Source: a virus
IMG/VR virus record: IMGVR_UViG_3300042867_001113
DNA length: 64,000 nucleotides
Direction: 5' to 3' (one strand)
In this document: positions 8,619-16,374 of the stretch, piece by piece
Layout: every line of letters begins with the position of its first letter
How positions within the stretch are numbered: position 1 is the first letter of the stretch
Notes under the pieces: generated by a model
What the model was told of the DNA's origin: nothing
The model's input: the letters and a program-made list of their open reading frames with translations, nothing else
The model's database searches: none
Position numbers and translations under genes: made by a program

Positions 8619-9319
8619 AGCCAGCCCTTCTCGTCACCTGACGCGAGGCGCTTCCGTTTGATCTTCTCAACGAGGTCCATCGCCTTCGTGAGAATCTTGA
8701 TGTCGCGACTGTTTCCGCCCTTGGCGAACTTGTGGATCGCCTCGGTGTACGTCGCGAGCAGAACTTTCTCGGTCTCTTCGTCGTGCCGCTTCAGGTCACG
8801 GACGGCCACCATCAGGTAGTAGTGCGTGTGCGACATGGATCCTTCGGCGAGACCGAGGTAGCCGCCGGGGATGATCCTCGCGACGATGCCGATCTCCTCT
8901 TCAACCTCACGGCGAGCCGCCTGCTCCTGTGTCTCGCCTTTGTCGATTCGACCCTTGGCGAAAGCCCAAGGACCAAAGTTCCCGCTCGGCTTGCGGATGT
9001 AGACGTGGTCGAGGTCGTCTGTTCCGCCGAGGACCACGCCTCCAGCCGAGATCCACTTCTCAGGCTTCTTGTATTCGGGCTTTTCAGGCTTCAGTCCGGA
9101 AGACCCGTCCGGTCCGACGCCCTTGGAGGAGTCACCGTCCTTGGAGGACTTCTGGCCGGACCAGCTCGACTTGGAGGACTTCCCTGCCGGGACGCCGAAC
9201 CACGACTTCGCAGGCTTGTCGGACGTCGGCTTGTCGAGGTCGGAACTCTTGACGACCTTGCCGTCAGGCCCGACCTTGAAGATCGCCTCCAGCCGTTCCA
9301 GATCGTCTTTGAACGTCAT
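8615..9319 (-). CDS. Nudix hydrolase with Ser/Lys-rich N-terminal extension
   Basis: Nudix box GRIDKGETQEQAARREVEEEIG; start MTFKD overlaps the upstream TAA. Confidence 0.9.
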   Translation of the reverse strand: MTFKDDLERLEAIFKVGPDGKVVKSSDLDKPTSDKPAKSWFGVPAGKSSKSSWSGQKSSKDGDSSKGVGPDGSSGLKPEKPEYKKPEKWISAGGVVLGGTDDLDHVYIRKPSGNFGPWAFAKGRIDKGETQEQAARREVEEEIGIVARIIPGGYLGLAEGSMSHTHYYLMVAVRDLKRHDEETEKVLLATYTEAIHKFAKGGNSRDIKILTKAMDLVEKIKRKRLASGDEKGWL

Positions 9320-9738
9320 TACCAAGCCTCCACACGAAACGCCGCTCCTGCGCCGCGCACAGCAATACCAGCCTCGTAACGGTTCCGGTACGTGAATGAC
9401 TCGCTCGCAAGGATCCGCCCATGCACGTTCGTTCCATCGAACGAGTATTCCAGAGTGGCTCCGCCGTCGTTGCAGATACGGATGTTCCCCGACCAAAGCA
9501 TCGGATGCACGATGGGAGGCGTGGTGGTTCCGGTCCCTGTGGGGGTCAGCGGATTGACCACAGGAGCGTTGCTCCCGTAGGGCACGTTCGGCGCCGGGAT
9601 GATGGGGTTTGCGCCTGCGCCGTCGAGGAACATGAAGGCGTTGGCGTCGAACGCTGCAGCCGCAACGCCGCTGGCGAAGAAGCGGATTGATCGGATGCCG
9701 CTGGGGACGCGAGGGGGCCAAGATGCGGGGAACGGCAT
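9319..9738 (-). CDS. putative virion beta-sandwich protein
   Basis: 139 aa, beta-rich, AGGAG RBS. Confidence 0.55.
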   Translation of the reverse strand: MPFPASWPPRVPSGIRSIRFFASGVAAAAFDANAFMFLDGAGANPIIPAPNVPYGSNAPVVNPLTPTGTGTTTPPIVHPMLWSGNIRICNDGGATLEYSFDGTNVHGRILASESFTYRNRYEAGIAVRGAGAAFRVEAW

Positions 9739-9741
9739 GGA

Positions 9742-9945
9742 CTACTCCTGCGAAGACTTCAAGACGACGCCGATGGCTTGGGCAAGAAGTTGTGCGACGT
9801 TCATACCACGTTCAGCGGCTTCTGCGTTCAGTGCAATGAAGGTGACTTCAGGGATGGCGATGAACACCACGTTGCCCGTCGGCTCCCCTCCAGTCAGAGG
9901 GCTCTCTTGAGGCTTCACGTAGCTGATTGCTCGGGGTGAAGTCAT
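9742..9945 (-). CDS. small RHH-like DNA-binding protein
   Basis: VFIAIPEVTFIALNAEAAERGMNVAQLL pattern. Confidence 0.5.
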   Translation of the reverse strand: MTSPRAISYVKPQESPLTGGEPTGNVVFIAIPEVTFIALNAEAAERGMNVAQLLAQAIGVVLKSSQE

Positions 9946-10284
9946 TCAGCGCTCCTCCTGCGTTTTGAGCATCTGGTTCGCCGTCATGGCTTGGGGGCGG
10001 AGGCTGGGGGATGATCCTCCAGTTTTCTTCTTGTGGGGCAGGACGGTGTACTTCCACCGCGCGGCCAGCCCCAAAATGTTGAAGTCCTCTGGCGTCAGCT
10101 CACCACCGGGAATCCCAGTCTCCGCAAAAGCGGAACGGATGGCGGTGTCCGGCGAGACGTCAGGGTTTTCCTCGAAGAACGCTTCGGTCGCCATCCAGAC
10201 CTGTCGGGCCGACTTCGTGCGCCACGGCCAGCTGGGGCCGGAGGGCCCGCCGAGGTCGCGCAGCATTTCAGGAAGAGTGCTCAT
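9946..10284 (-). CDS. hypothetical protein
   Basis: Start MSTLPE at 10284 overlapping the upstream TGA. Confidence 0.55.
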   Translation of the reverse strand: MSTLPEMLRDLGGPSGPSWPWRTKSARQVWMATEAFFEENPDVSPDTAIRSAFAETGIPGGELTPEDFNILGLAARWKYTVLPHKKKTGGSSPSLRPQAMTANQMLKTQEER

Positions 10285-11063
10285 CTTGCGGTTGGTGGCT
10301 TTCTGAAGAAACTTCTGTAGCCGAAGAAGACCGTGTTCGCGATCGTTTTCCCGCCCAGAGTCGCCTCCTTCATCGAGTCCGTTCGGCTCGGGAAAGACAC
10401 GACTTGGTCGAACTGAGGGATCTGCGCGAACGCGAGGCTGACGCTCGCCAAACGAGGGTTTCCTGACGGGAAAAACTTCTCCCAAGTGATGTCGCACGAG
10501 GTCATTACACACAGGATCGAGTCTGCGTCCTGAGATGTAAAGTTGTTCTCGCCGCCAGCCAGACCGATGCCACTCTTGGGGAGCAGCAGCTTCAGCTTCG
10601 CTGGCGGGATGGTCCTCTGCTTCACGGAGTCGTACTTGGGCAGCATGTACTGCCTCAACCACGCGACAGCGGAGCGAACGTCGACGTTGCGCTCCCCTTG
10701 CCCTGAGCTTTTCAGGCGCTCCTTGGCCGCGTTCGCAGCGATCGTATTCGTGGAAACATTGCTTTCCGAATCTGTCGTCAAGAGCAGCGCGAGGTCGATG
10801 TCTGCCGAAAACTGAGCGGTGAACGAGATGGTTCGCTCACCGGACGCAACCCACTGGTAGACGGGGAGACTCCCACCGGGAATCTCCTTGCTCTGCCAGT
10901 TGACCGCTTTGTTGTCGGAGATGGTCTCAGGGAAGTACTGGAACGCCTGCGCCGTGTCCGGTTGGTCGGTGTCTGGCATCAACGAGATGAGTGTGGCCAT
11001 GCTGCGCTTCTCAGAGAGCAGCCCGGGCCCGAGGGCCGTCGCAAGTCCGACCAGTCCGGCCAC
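10281..11063 (-). CDS. tail tube initiator / CIS tube-like baseplate protein (gp48/gp54-like)
   Basis: FQYFPETISDNKAVNW...IPG.S.P.YQW..SGERTISF...PP..KL...CVMTSCDITW..F...GNPR.A.VSL.F. Confidence 0.7.
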   Translation of the reverse strand: MAGLVGLATALGPGLLSEKRSMATLISLMPDTDQPDTAQAFQYFPETISDNKAVNWQSKEIPGGSLPVYQWVASGERTISFTAQFSADIDLALLLTTDSESNVSTNTIAANAAKERLKSSGQGERNVDVRSAVAWLRQYMLPKYDSVKQRTIPPAKLKLLLPKSGIGLAGGENNFTSQDADSILCVMTSCDITWEKFFPSGNPRLASVSLAFAQIPQFDQVVSFPSRTDSMKEATLGGKTIANTVFFGYRSFFRKPPTAR

Positions 11064-11082
11064 GCCTCACCTCGTCGTTGCT

Positions 11083-12255
11083 TCAGCCGTCAGAGACGTC
11101 AGAGCCAGTCGGGATGTAGTGCGGGTGCTTCACGGGCGCCTTCGCGCCGTTCGGCAGGCGGTACTTCCCGCTCTTGCGGCCCTTCTCGTACTTCTTCGTG
11201 TACGCGGCCTTGCCCTTCCACATCGTGACGATCTTCTTCTGGCCCTTCGTGATGCCCTGCGAGGGAACATCCTTCAGCGCAGTGCAGACCTGCTCCGCCT
11301 CGGTGCCAGTACAGGTCCAGATGCCCTTGGCTGAACGCGTCTTCTTCGACGGAGAGTTCTGGCCGATCTTGGCGTAGTTGTAGAACGGGCTGGTCTTCTT
11401 CTTGCCGGGGCCACCGCCGCCGGTGACAGGCTTCTTCCCGTCTTCCCTCTTCGCTGCTGCTTTCTTCATCAGCGCTGCTTTAGCTTGGGCCTTGGCCTTC
11501 TCGGAAGCCTCGTAGATGGGGCGTGGGGTGATCATCTCGCGGAGTTCGGACACGAGTTCGCTGAACGACTTGCTCTCGTCCATGTCTTCCTCGTCGTCCT
11601 CCTCTTCCTCTTCCTCGCCTTCGTTCTCGCCTTCCTCTTCCTCTTCCTCGTCCGCGTCAGTCTCTTCCTGACCTTGATCGTCGGTCGCGGCCTTGGCGAC
11701 CTTCTTCTCGACGATGCCGACGACTTTGCCGAGAGAGACCCAACCCTTGTCGAGGGTCTTGATCTGGCAGTCGTCGGTGAGCTGTTGGTCCGAGCGCAGG
11801 AAGGACTCGTGAACGCCGTTGCTCCACTGCAACGTGACCCACGGCATCGAGACCTTCTTGATCTTCCCGGTCTTGCCGTCGATGCGGCGGATGTCGGCCC
11901 CGGCGAGTACGTTCACGTCAATCATCTGAGTCACTCCTTCGTTCCGCTCGAACTGGCCGAGCATTTTCTGAGCCCATGTGCGACCGGGGTCTCCGCCCCA
12001 AAGTCCCCACGCGATTCTTCCGGCACTCGGGTACCCCTCGTCACCGACGTAGAAGCCTGTTCCTTGTTTGTCGACCTCATGGCGAGCGAAAAAACTCACC
12101 ATGCGCTTTACGGTCGATGGACTCAGGGACTTCCGGTTTGCGAGGTCTCTGGCGCGAGCAACGCCGATGGATGTTCCGCCCCTCTTGAACTCACGACGCA
12201 ATTCAAGCGCCTGAGCAGCTTCTTTTGCGACGGGAGCAGGGGGCGTGAGGTCCAT
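11083..12255 (-). CDS. head-associated multidomain protein (RGGT.IG.ARA...AWGLWGGD domain, poly-acidic linker, basic C-term)
   Basis: The N-terminal domain resembles an uncharacterised domain I recall from phage head/portal genes; extreme charge blocks. Confidence 0.65.
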   Translation of the reverse strand: MDLTPPAPVAKEAAQALELRREFKRGGTSIGVARARDLANRKSLSPSTVKRMVSFFARHEVDKQGTGFYVGDEGYPSAGRIAWGLWGGDPGRTWAQKMLGQFERNEGVTQMIDVNVLAGADIRRIDGKTGKIKKVSMPWVTLQWSNGVHESFLRSDQQLTDDCQIKTLDKGWVSLGKVVGIVEKKVAKAATDDQGQEETDADEEEEEEGENEGEEEEEEDDEEDMDESKSFSELVSELREMITPRPIYEASEKAKAQAKAALMKKAAAKREDGKKPVTGGGGPGKKKTSPFYNYAKIGQNSPSKKTRSAKGIWTCTGTEAEQVCTALKDVPSQGITKGQKKIVTMWKGKAAYTKKYEKGRKSGKYRLPNGAKAPVKHPHYIPTGSDVSDG

Positions 12256-12267
12256 GACAAAGCCACT

Positions 12268-12690
12268 CTATGGGAGATATTTTGGTTCTACCACCCCAGC
12301 ATCCCACGAAACAGAGTCAAAACGAAAAGCGCCGACCACTCGACGCTCGAAGCTGGAGTCTCGCACCAGCACCCCTCGGATGTCCCCACTCATGTCTGGG
12401 TTCCGCAGCAAGACGTTCGAGACGACGCCGGATGGCTGAAGAACGAGAACTGCGTAGGTGTTGGGGGCAGCGGCTTTGCGCAGGTTGGCCTTGGCGAGCA
12501 AGGCGCCAGACGGGGCCAGCAGCGCACACAGCGCAGGCCACGTGAGCGAGAGAGGCTCAGCGTCCTTCTTCGGGACCAACCAACCATCTCGAATTTTGCA
12601 AGGCGTGAGCAGAAAACTGGCCACGGTCCTCCTCAGAGACTGAAAATCCGGGCCGAACCACTTGGTCCGCCCGGAATTCCGTCGGGACAC
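12268..12690 (-). CDS. hypothetical protein
   Basis: 140 aa ORF filling the gap. Confidence 0.4.
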   Translation of the reverse strand: MSRRNSGRTKWFGPDFQSLRRTVASFLLTPCKIRDGWLVPKKDAEPLSLTWPALCALLAPSGALLAKANLRKAAAPNTYAVLVLQPSGVVSNVLLRNPDMSGDIRGVLVRDSSFERRVVGAFRFDSVSWDAGVVEPKYLP

Positions 12691-12704
12691 CTACCCGTCA
12701 GCGC

Positions 12705-13031
12705 TCAGAGAGAGGCGCCAAGTTCGTCTTCGGCGTCGGTGCTCTCGGCGTCGGCGACGAAGGCGAGGCTGATCTCACCGGCTTGGACCATACGGGCCCA
12801 TTCGTCGGCGGGGATCATGGGCTGCTGCATCTGCACGCGGACATTGAAGTCGCGGGCATGGACGGCGAGGGTGCGCGAGGCGGCAACAGCGAGGGGGCCG
12901 TTCGCCTCGAAGGGGTGCGGGAGACCGTCGATGAGGTCGCCGCCGACGGCATCGGGGGACACGCCACCGCCGCCAACGACGGGGCGGTTCAGGATCTTGG
13001 TCGAGAGATTCGCGACAGTGAGCAAAGCCAT
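12705..13031 (-). CDS. putative virion protein
   Basis: Start MALLT at 13031 with GGAGG RBS. Confidence 0.6.
   Translation of the reverse strand: MALLTVANLSTKILNRPVVGGGGVSPDAVGGDLIDGLPHPFEANGPLAVAASRTLAVHARDFNVRVQMQQPMIPADEWARMVQAGEISLAFVADAESTDAEDELGASL
12785..12798. promoter_or_regulatory. GGACCATAYGGNCC site, within CDS
   Basis: GGACCATACGGGCC. Confidence 0.7.
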
Positions 13032-13119
13032 TGATGCCTCCAGTTGAACAGGTGCGGGCCCGGAAGCCCCTAGCCTAGATGGCAGGAGCATCGGGCGTCA
13101 AACAGGTTCCCGCAAGGGC

Positions 13120-13524
13120 TCAGTCCCCGGCGGTTGCGATCACGATGTCCACGTCCACCGCCGCCGGGTCCGTGTTGATGATCTGCAAGCTCGTCAGCGA
13201 CTTCGCCGACATCAGGAACGTCGACTCGGCAGCGGATCCCACCGGAGCCACGTCCAGCGCGGTTCCGCCGTTCAGGGCGACCCCCACAGACGTCAGGGTC
13301 AGGGTCGGGTCGGACGGGATGATGCGGAGCATCAAGAACACCGCCGCCGCGATGGAGTCCAGGGGCAGGGTGACGGTGGCCCCCGCCAGCACCCGAGTTT
13401 TCCAGACGCCGCCCTCGTTGGGCTCGTCCGACGTGACCGAGAGGCACACGTTCCCCAGGTCTTTCGAGTCGGCAGGGCTCGACGAGATGGAGACGGTGAT
13501 GTTGTAGCGAAGACGAATGGACAT
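13120..13524 (-). CDS. putative virion beta-sandwich protein
   Basis: 134 aa, beta-rich, AGGAG RBS. Confidence 0.6.
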   Translation of the reverse strand: MSIRLRYNITVSISSSPADSKDLGNVCLSVTSDEPNEGGVWKTRVLAGATVTLPLDSIAAAVFLMLRIIPSDPTLTLTSVGVALNGGTALDVAPVGSAAESTFLMSAKSLTSLQIINTDPAAVDVDIVIATAGD

Positions 13525-13572
13525 GGCGGGCTCCTAGAGAGGAATCTTATCGCTCGAACTGAGAAGTGTCCG

Positions 13573-16338
13573 TCAGGCAACGTCGCCAAACACGACTACA
13601 TTGAGGTCGATCTGGGGAGAGCCAGCGGCCATGGTGAAATCAGTATTCTGAAAAATTTTCGAGCCTGACGACCAGTCGTCAATCACGATATCAAAGAACA
13701 AGGTCGTCCGCTGGGTAACTCGACCGATGCATGGAGCATTATTCGAGCTTCCTGCCGATATGATGACGATGTAGTCGTCGTTCGCCATCGGGTAAATGAA
13801 TGTGTAGCGAAGACCAATACCGCCGCCAACGACTGCGGGATCGTTTGTCGCGAAGTTGTGGACACGCAGCGAATGCGCGCTGATATATGCCGTGTTTATA
13901 GGCTTGACTACCAATCCCCATGCAACGGCGACGCCCTGTTGCAGCACACTCGTCCCTGCAGAGGACACGGTCTGCTTTGCGACAGGAACGGCGCTCGGTA
14001 CACGAGGCTGGTTCGCAAACGTCCACGGCTTGCTTGCGAGGACCGCCGCACTGCTGACATCTATGGCGTTCCCGGCGACAGCGACGATGACGTTCGACAC
14101 TGCTTGCAGAAGGAGGTCGTCGGTGCCCGGGGTCGGAGGTGCGCCGCCTGCGAAGATGCTGACTCCGCCTGCGTTCAAAAAGGTTCCAATCAGGACGTCC
14201 CCTGCTGCTGGAACAGGTACGGCTCCGCCAACGAAGATCGACATGCCTCCGAGGAAAGTCCCCACGGCTATGTCTCCACCGATGGAGAAGACGGCGATCT
14301 GGCCGCTCGTGCTTCCGATAGTAACAGTGCCAGAGTTCGACGAGAAACCTGCGGTTCCCGTTCCCGTGGCTCGCACAAGCATGGTGCCCGCACTGTCAGC
14401 CTGAATGATGACGTTCCCTGCAGTCGGGGCAGGGGGCGTGCCTGTTGCCACGACAATGCCCCCCGACGCCGACCGGAGCAGCGCGTCTCCTGTGGAGGCA
14501 GCGATATCGATGTCGATGGCTTCGACGACCGCTGCAGGCAGTATAGCGGACCCGATGTTGACGGTGGTGAGGGCTGAGATCAAGAGCGCGTTCATCGGCG
14601 CGTTTGGTGGCTGCCCACCGGCGAAGATGCTGACCCCGCCCACGCCGAGTTCGCTGCCGATCATCATGTCCCCTGTGAACACAGGCGGCAAAGCGGTGCC
14701 CGACCAAACAAGCGCTCCAGTAGCGCCGATCAGAGATGCACTGTTGCTGAAGGACTGAATCGTGATCGGTCCGGTGTCGGTGATCACCTCGACGTACCCT
14801 GTCGTCGCCGCTTCAATAGTGACGTCACCCGACGACGTCTGCATGTAGAGCGGGGAGACGCCTGCATTGAGGGAGATTCTTCCTCCGGTCTGATACAATC
14901 CGCCGTCGATGCTCACCTTGGCGCTGAAAGGATTGAGCACCGTGTTGACGAGAAGGGTGTCGACGACGCGGACGTTCTTCGTGGCACGGCCCAGCGTCAC
15001 CTCGGTGGCGTTCACGGGACCAATTGCGATGGGCCCTGAGTTCACAGGGGCAGGGGCGTCGAGGCTGCTCGCGAAGACGATGCCGATGTTCGTTGACCCG
15101 AGGACCGTCAAGTCCTGCTCGACGATCTCGTTTCCCTCCACGCGGAAGGTGTGGCCTGCTCCCGGCACCGAAGAGGAGAGCACCGTCTCCCCTGAGCCGT
15201 AGGTCAGATCCGCGTACTCAGCGCCGGGGAACGCGTCCTCGTAGAGCCGGACCTTCGTGTGGTGGGACTCGCCGGAAATCTCAGGGATGGCGTCCGTGGC
15301 TGGGCCGTGCTGCTCCAGTTGCAGGTCGACGTCCGCGATGTCGAAGATCGGCGCGTTGACCCCGACCGTCGTGTACGACACCGCCGAACACTGGACGAAG
15401 ACCTCCTTGACGACGGCTGCGGTGGTGGTGACGGCAGGGAGCTGGACGATCGTGGAGTAGGTCTCCCACACACCGACAACCGCCGAGTCCAGCTGCAGAG
15501 TCACGGTTGTGATCGTCACCCCAGCAGCATCCGTGATGGTCGCCGACAAGACGGGGTTCCCCACGCTCGGAACGACGGTGGGTCGGAACGCGACGGTCAG
15601 GCGCAGGCGCCGGTTGGTGGGGATCGGGAGGCCAATCTTCTGACTCAGGATGCCGCTGACGTTTCCAAGGCCAGCCGCGTTCTTTCGAGCCCGGAAGGAC
15701 AGGTTGAACCCAGACGGAGCCAGCACCGCGTTCGAGGCGATGTAGGTCATCGCGGTGAGGGAGGCGGAGTCCCAGAAGTCAGGGAGGCCGACAAGGTCGT
15801 GCGTGAGGTACGGGGCGCCGTTGCGGACCACGGACACCATAGGAGTCGCGTCGCGTCCCCGAGCCAAGAACGGAAAACTGCGGTCGTCGAGGCTGATGTT
15901 CGCCGCCGGAATGAGGCCCGCCGCCGGAACCACCACCTTCGCCAACACACACGACGTTGCGGGAATGGCCTCGGTCCCGAGATCGTAGACGTTGATCGTC
16001 CCCGTCGTGTCGGCAGGGAAGGCGTAGGAAAGGTCGATGCAGACCGCGACGGTCTTGGAGGCGTAGGCGCTCAGATCCAGGTCAACGACTCCCGTGAGGT
16101 GGACGCTGACGCTGGTGGTCGTGTTGAGGTCACTGACAGAGACAGCCGAGCTTCGGCCTGAGGGGTCCGTCGCAAGATCGATGTGCAGCGGGGTGCCGGA
16201 CACCTGAGGGTTGAAGCCCTCGTAGACGCCTGCGGGCACGATCCCCCGGAACTGCTGGTTCAGGGACTCCGAAATGTACGGCGCGCGGAAGCGAACCGTG
16301 ATTTCCTGATTGGTGAAGACGTACCCAGAAGTTGGCAT
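13573..16338 (-). CDS. tail fibre / receptor-binding protein
   Basis: 921 aa, Gly/Thr/Val-rich beta repeats (GGVSIFAGG twice), downstream of baseplate genes, low-GC tip. Confidence 0.7.
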   Translation of the reverse strand: MPTSGYVFTNQEITVRFRAPYISESLNQQFRGIVPAGVYEGFNPQVSGTPLHIDLATDPSGRSSAVSVSDLNTTTSVSVHLTGVVDLDLSAYASKTVAVCIDLSYAFPADTTGTINVYDLGTEAIPATSCVLAKVVVPAAGLIPAANISLDDRSFPFLARGRDATPMVSVVRNGAPYLTHDLVGLPDFWDSASLTAMTYIASNAVLAPSGFNLSFRARKNAAGLGNVSGILSQKIGLPIPTNRRLRLTVAFRPTVVPSVGNPVLSATITDAAGVTITTVTLQLDSAVVGVWETYSTIVQLPAVTTTAAVVKEVFVQCSAVSYTTVGVNAPIFDIADVDLQLEQHGPATDAIPEISGESHHTKVRLYEDAFPGAEYADLTYGSGETVLSSSVPGAGHTFRVEGNEIVEQDLTVLGSTNIGIVFASSLDAPAPVNSGPIAIGPVNATEVTLGRATKNVRVVDTLLVNTVLNPFSAKVSIDGGLYQTGGRISLNAGVSPLYMQTSSGDVTIEAATTGYVEVITDTGPITIQSFSNSASLIGATGALVWSGTALPPVFTGDMMIGSELGVGGVSIFAGGQPPNAPMNALLISALTTVNIGSAILPAAVVEAIDIDIAASTGDALLRSASGGIVVATGTPPAPTAGNVIIQADSAGTMLVRATGTGTAGFSSNSGTVTIGSTSGQIAVFSIGGDIAVGTFLGGMSIFVGGAVPVPAAGDVLIGTFLNAGGVSIFAGGAPPTPGTDDLLLQAVSNVIVAVAGNAIDVSSAAVLASKPWTFANQPRVPSAVPVAKQTVSSAGTSVLQQGVAVAWGLVVKPINTAYISAHSLRVHNFATNDPAVVGGGIGLRYTFIYPMANDDYIVIISAGSSNNAPCIGRVTQRTTLFFDIVIDDWSSGSKIFQNTDFTMAAGSPQIDLNVVVFGDVA

Positions 16339-16374
16339 GGCGTACTCGTACCTTGGGAGACCAAGGAGGGAAAG

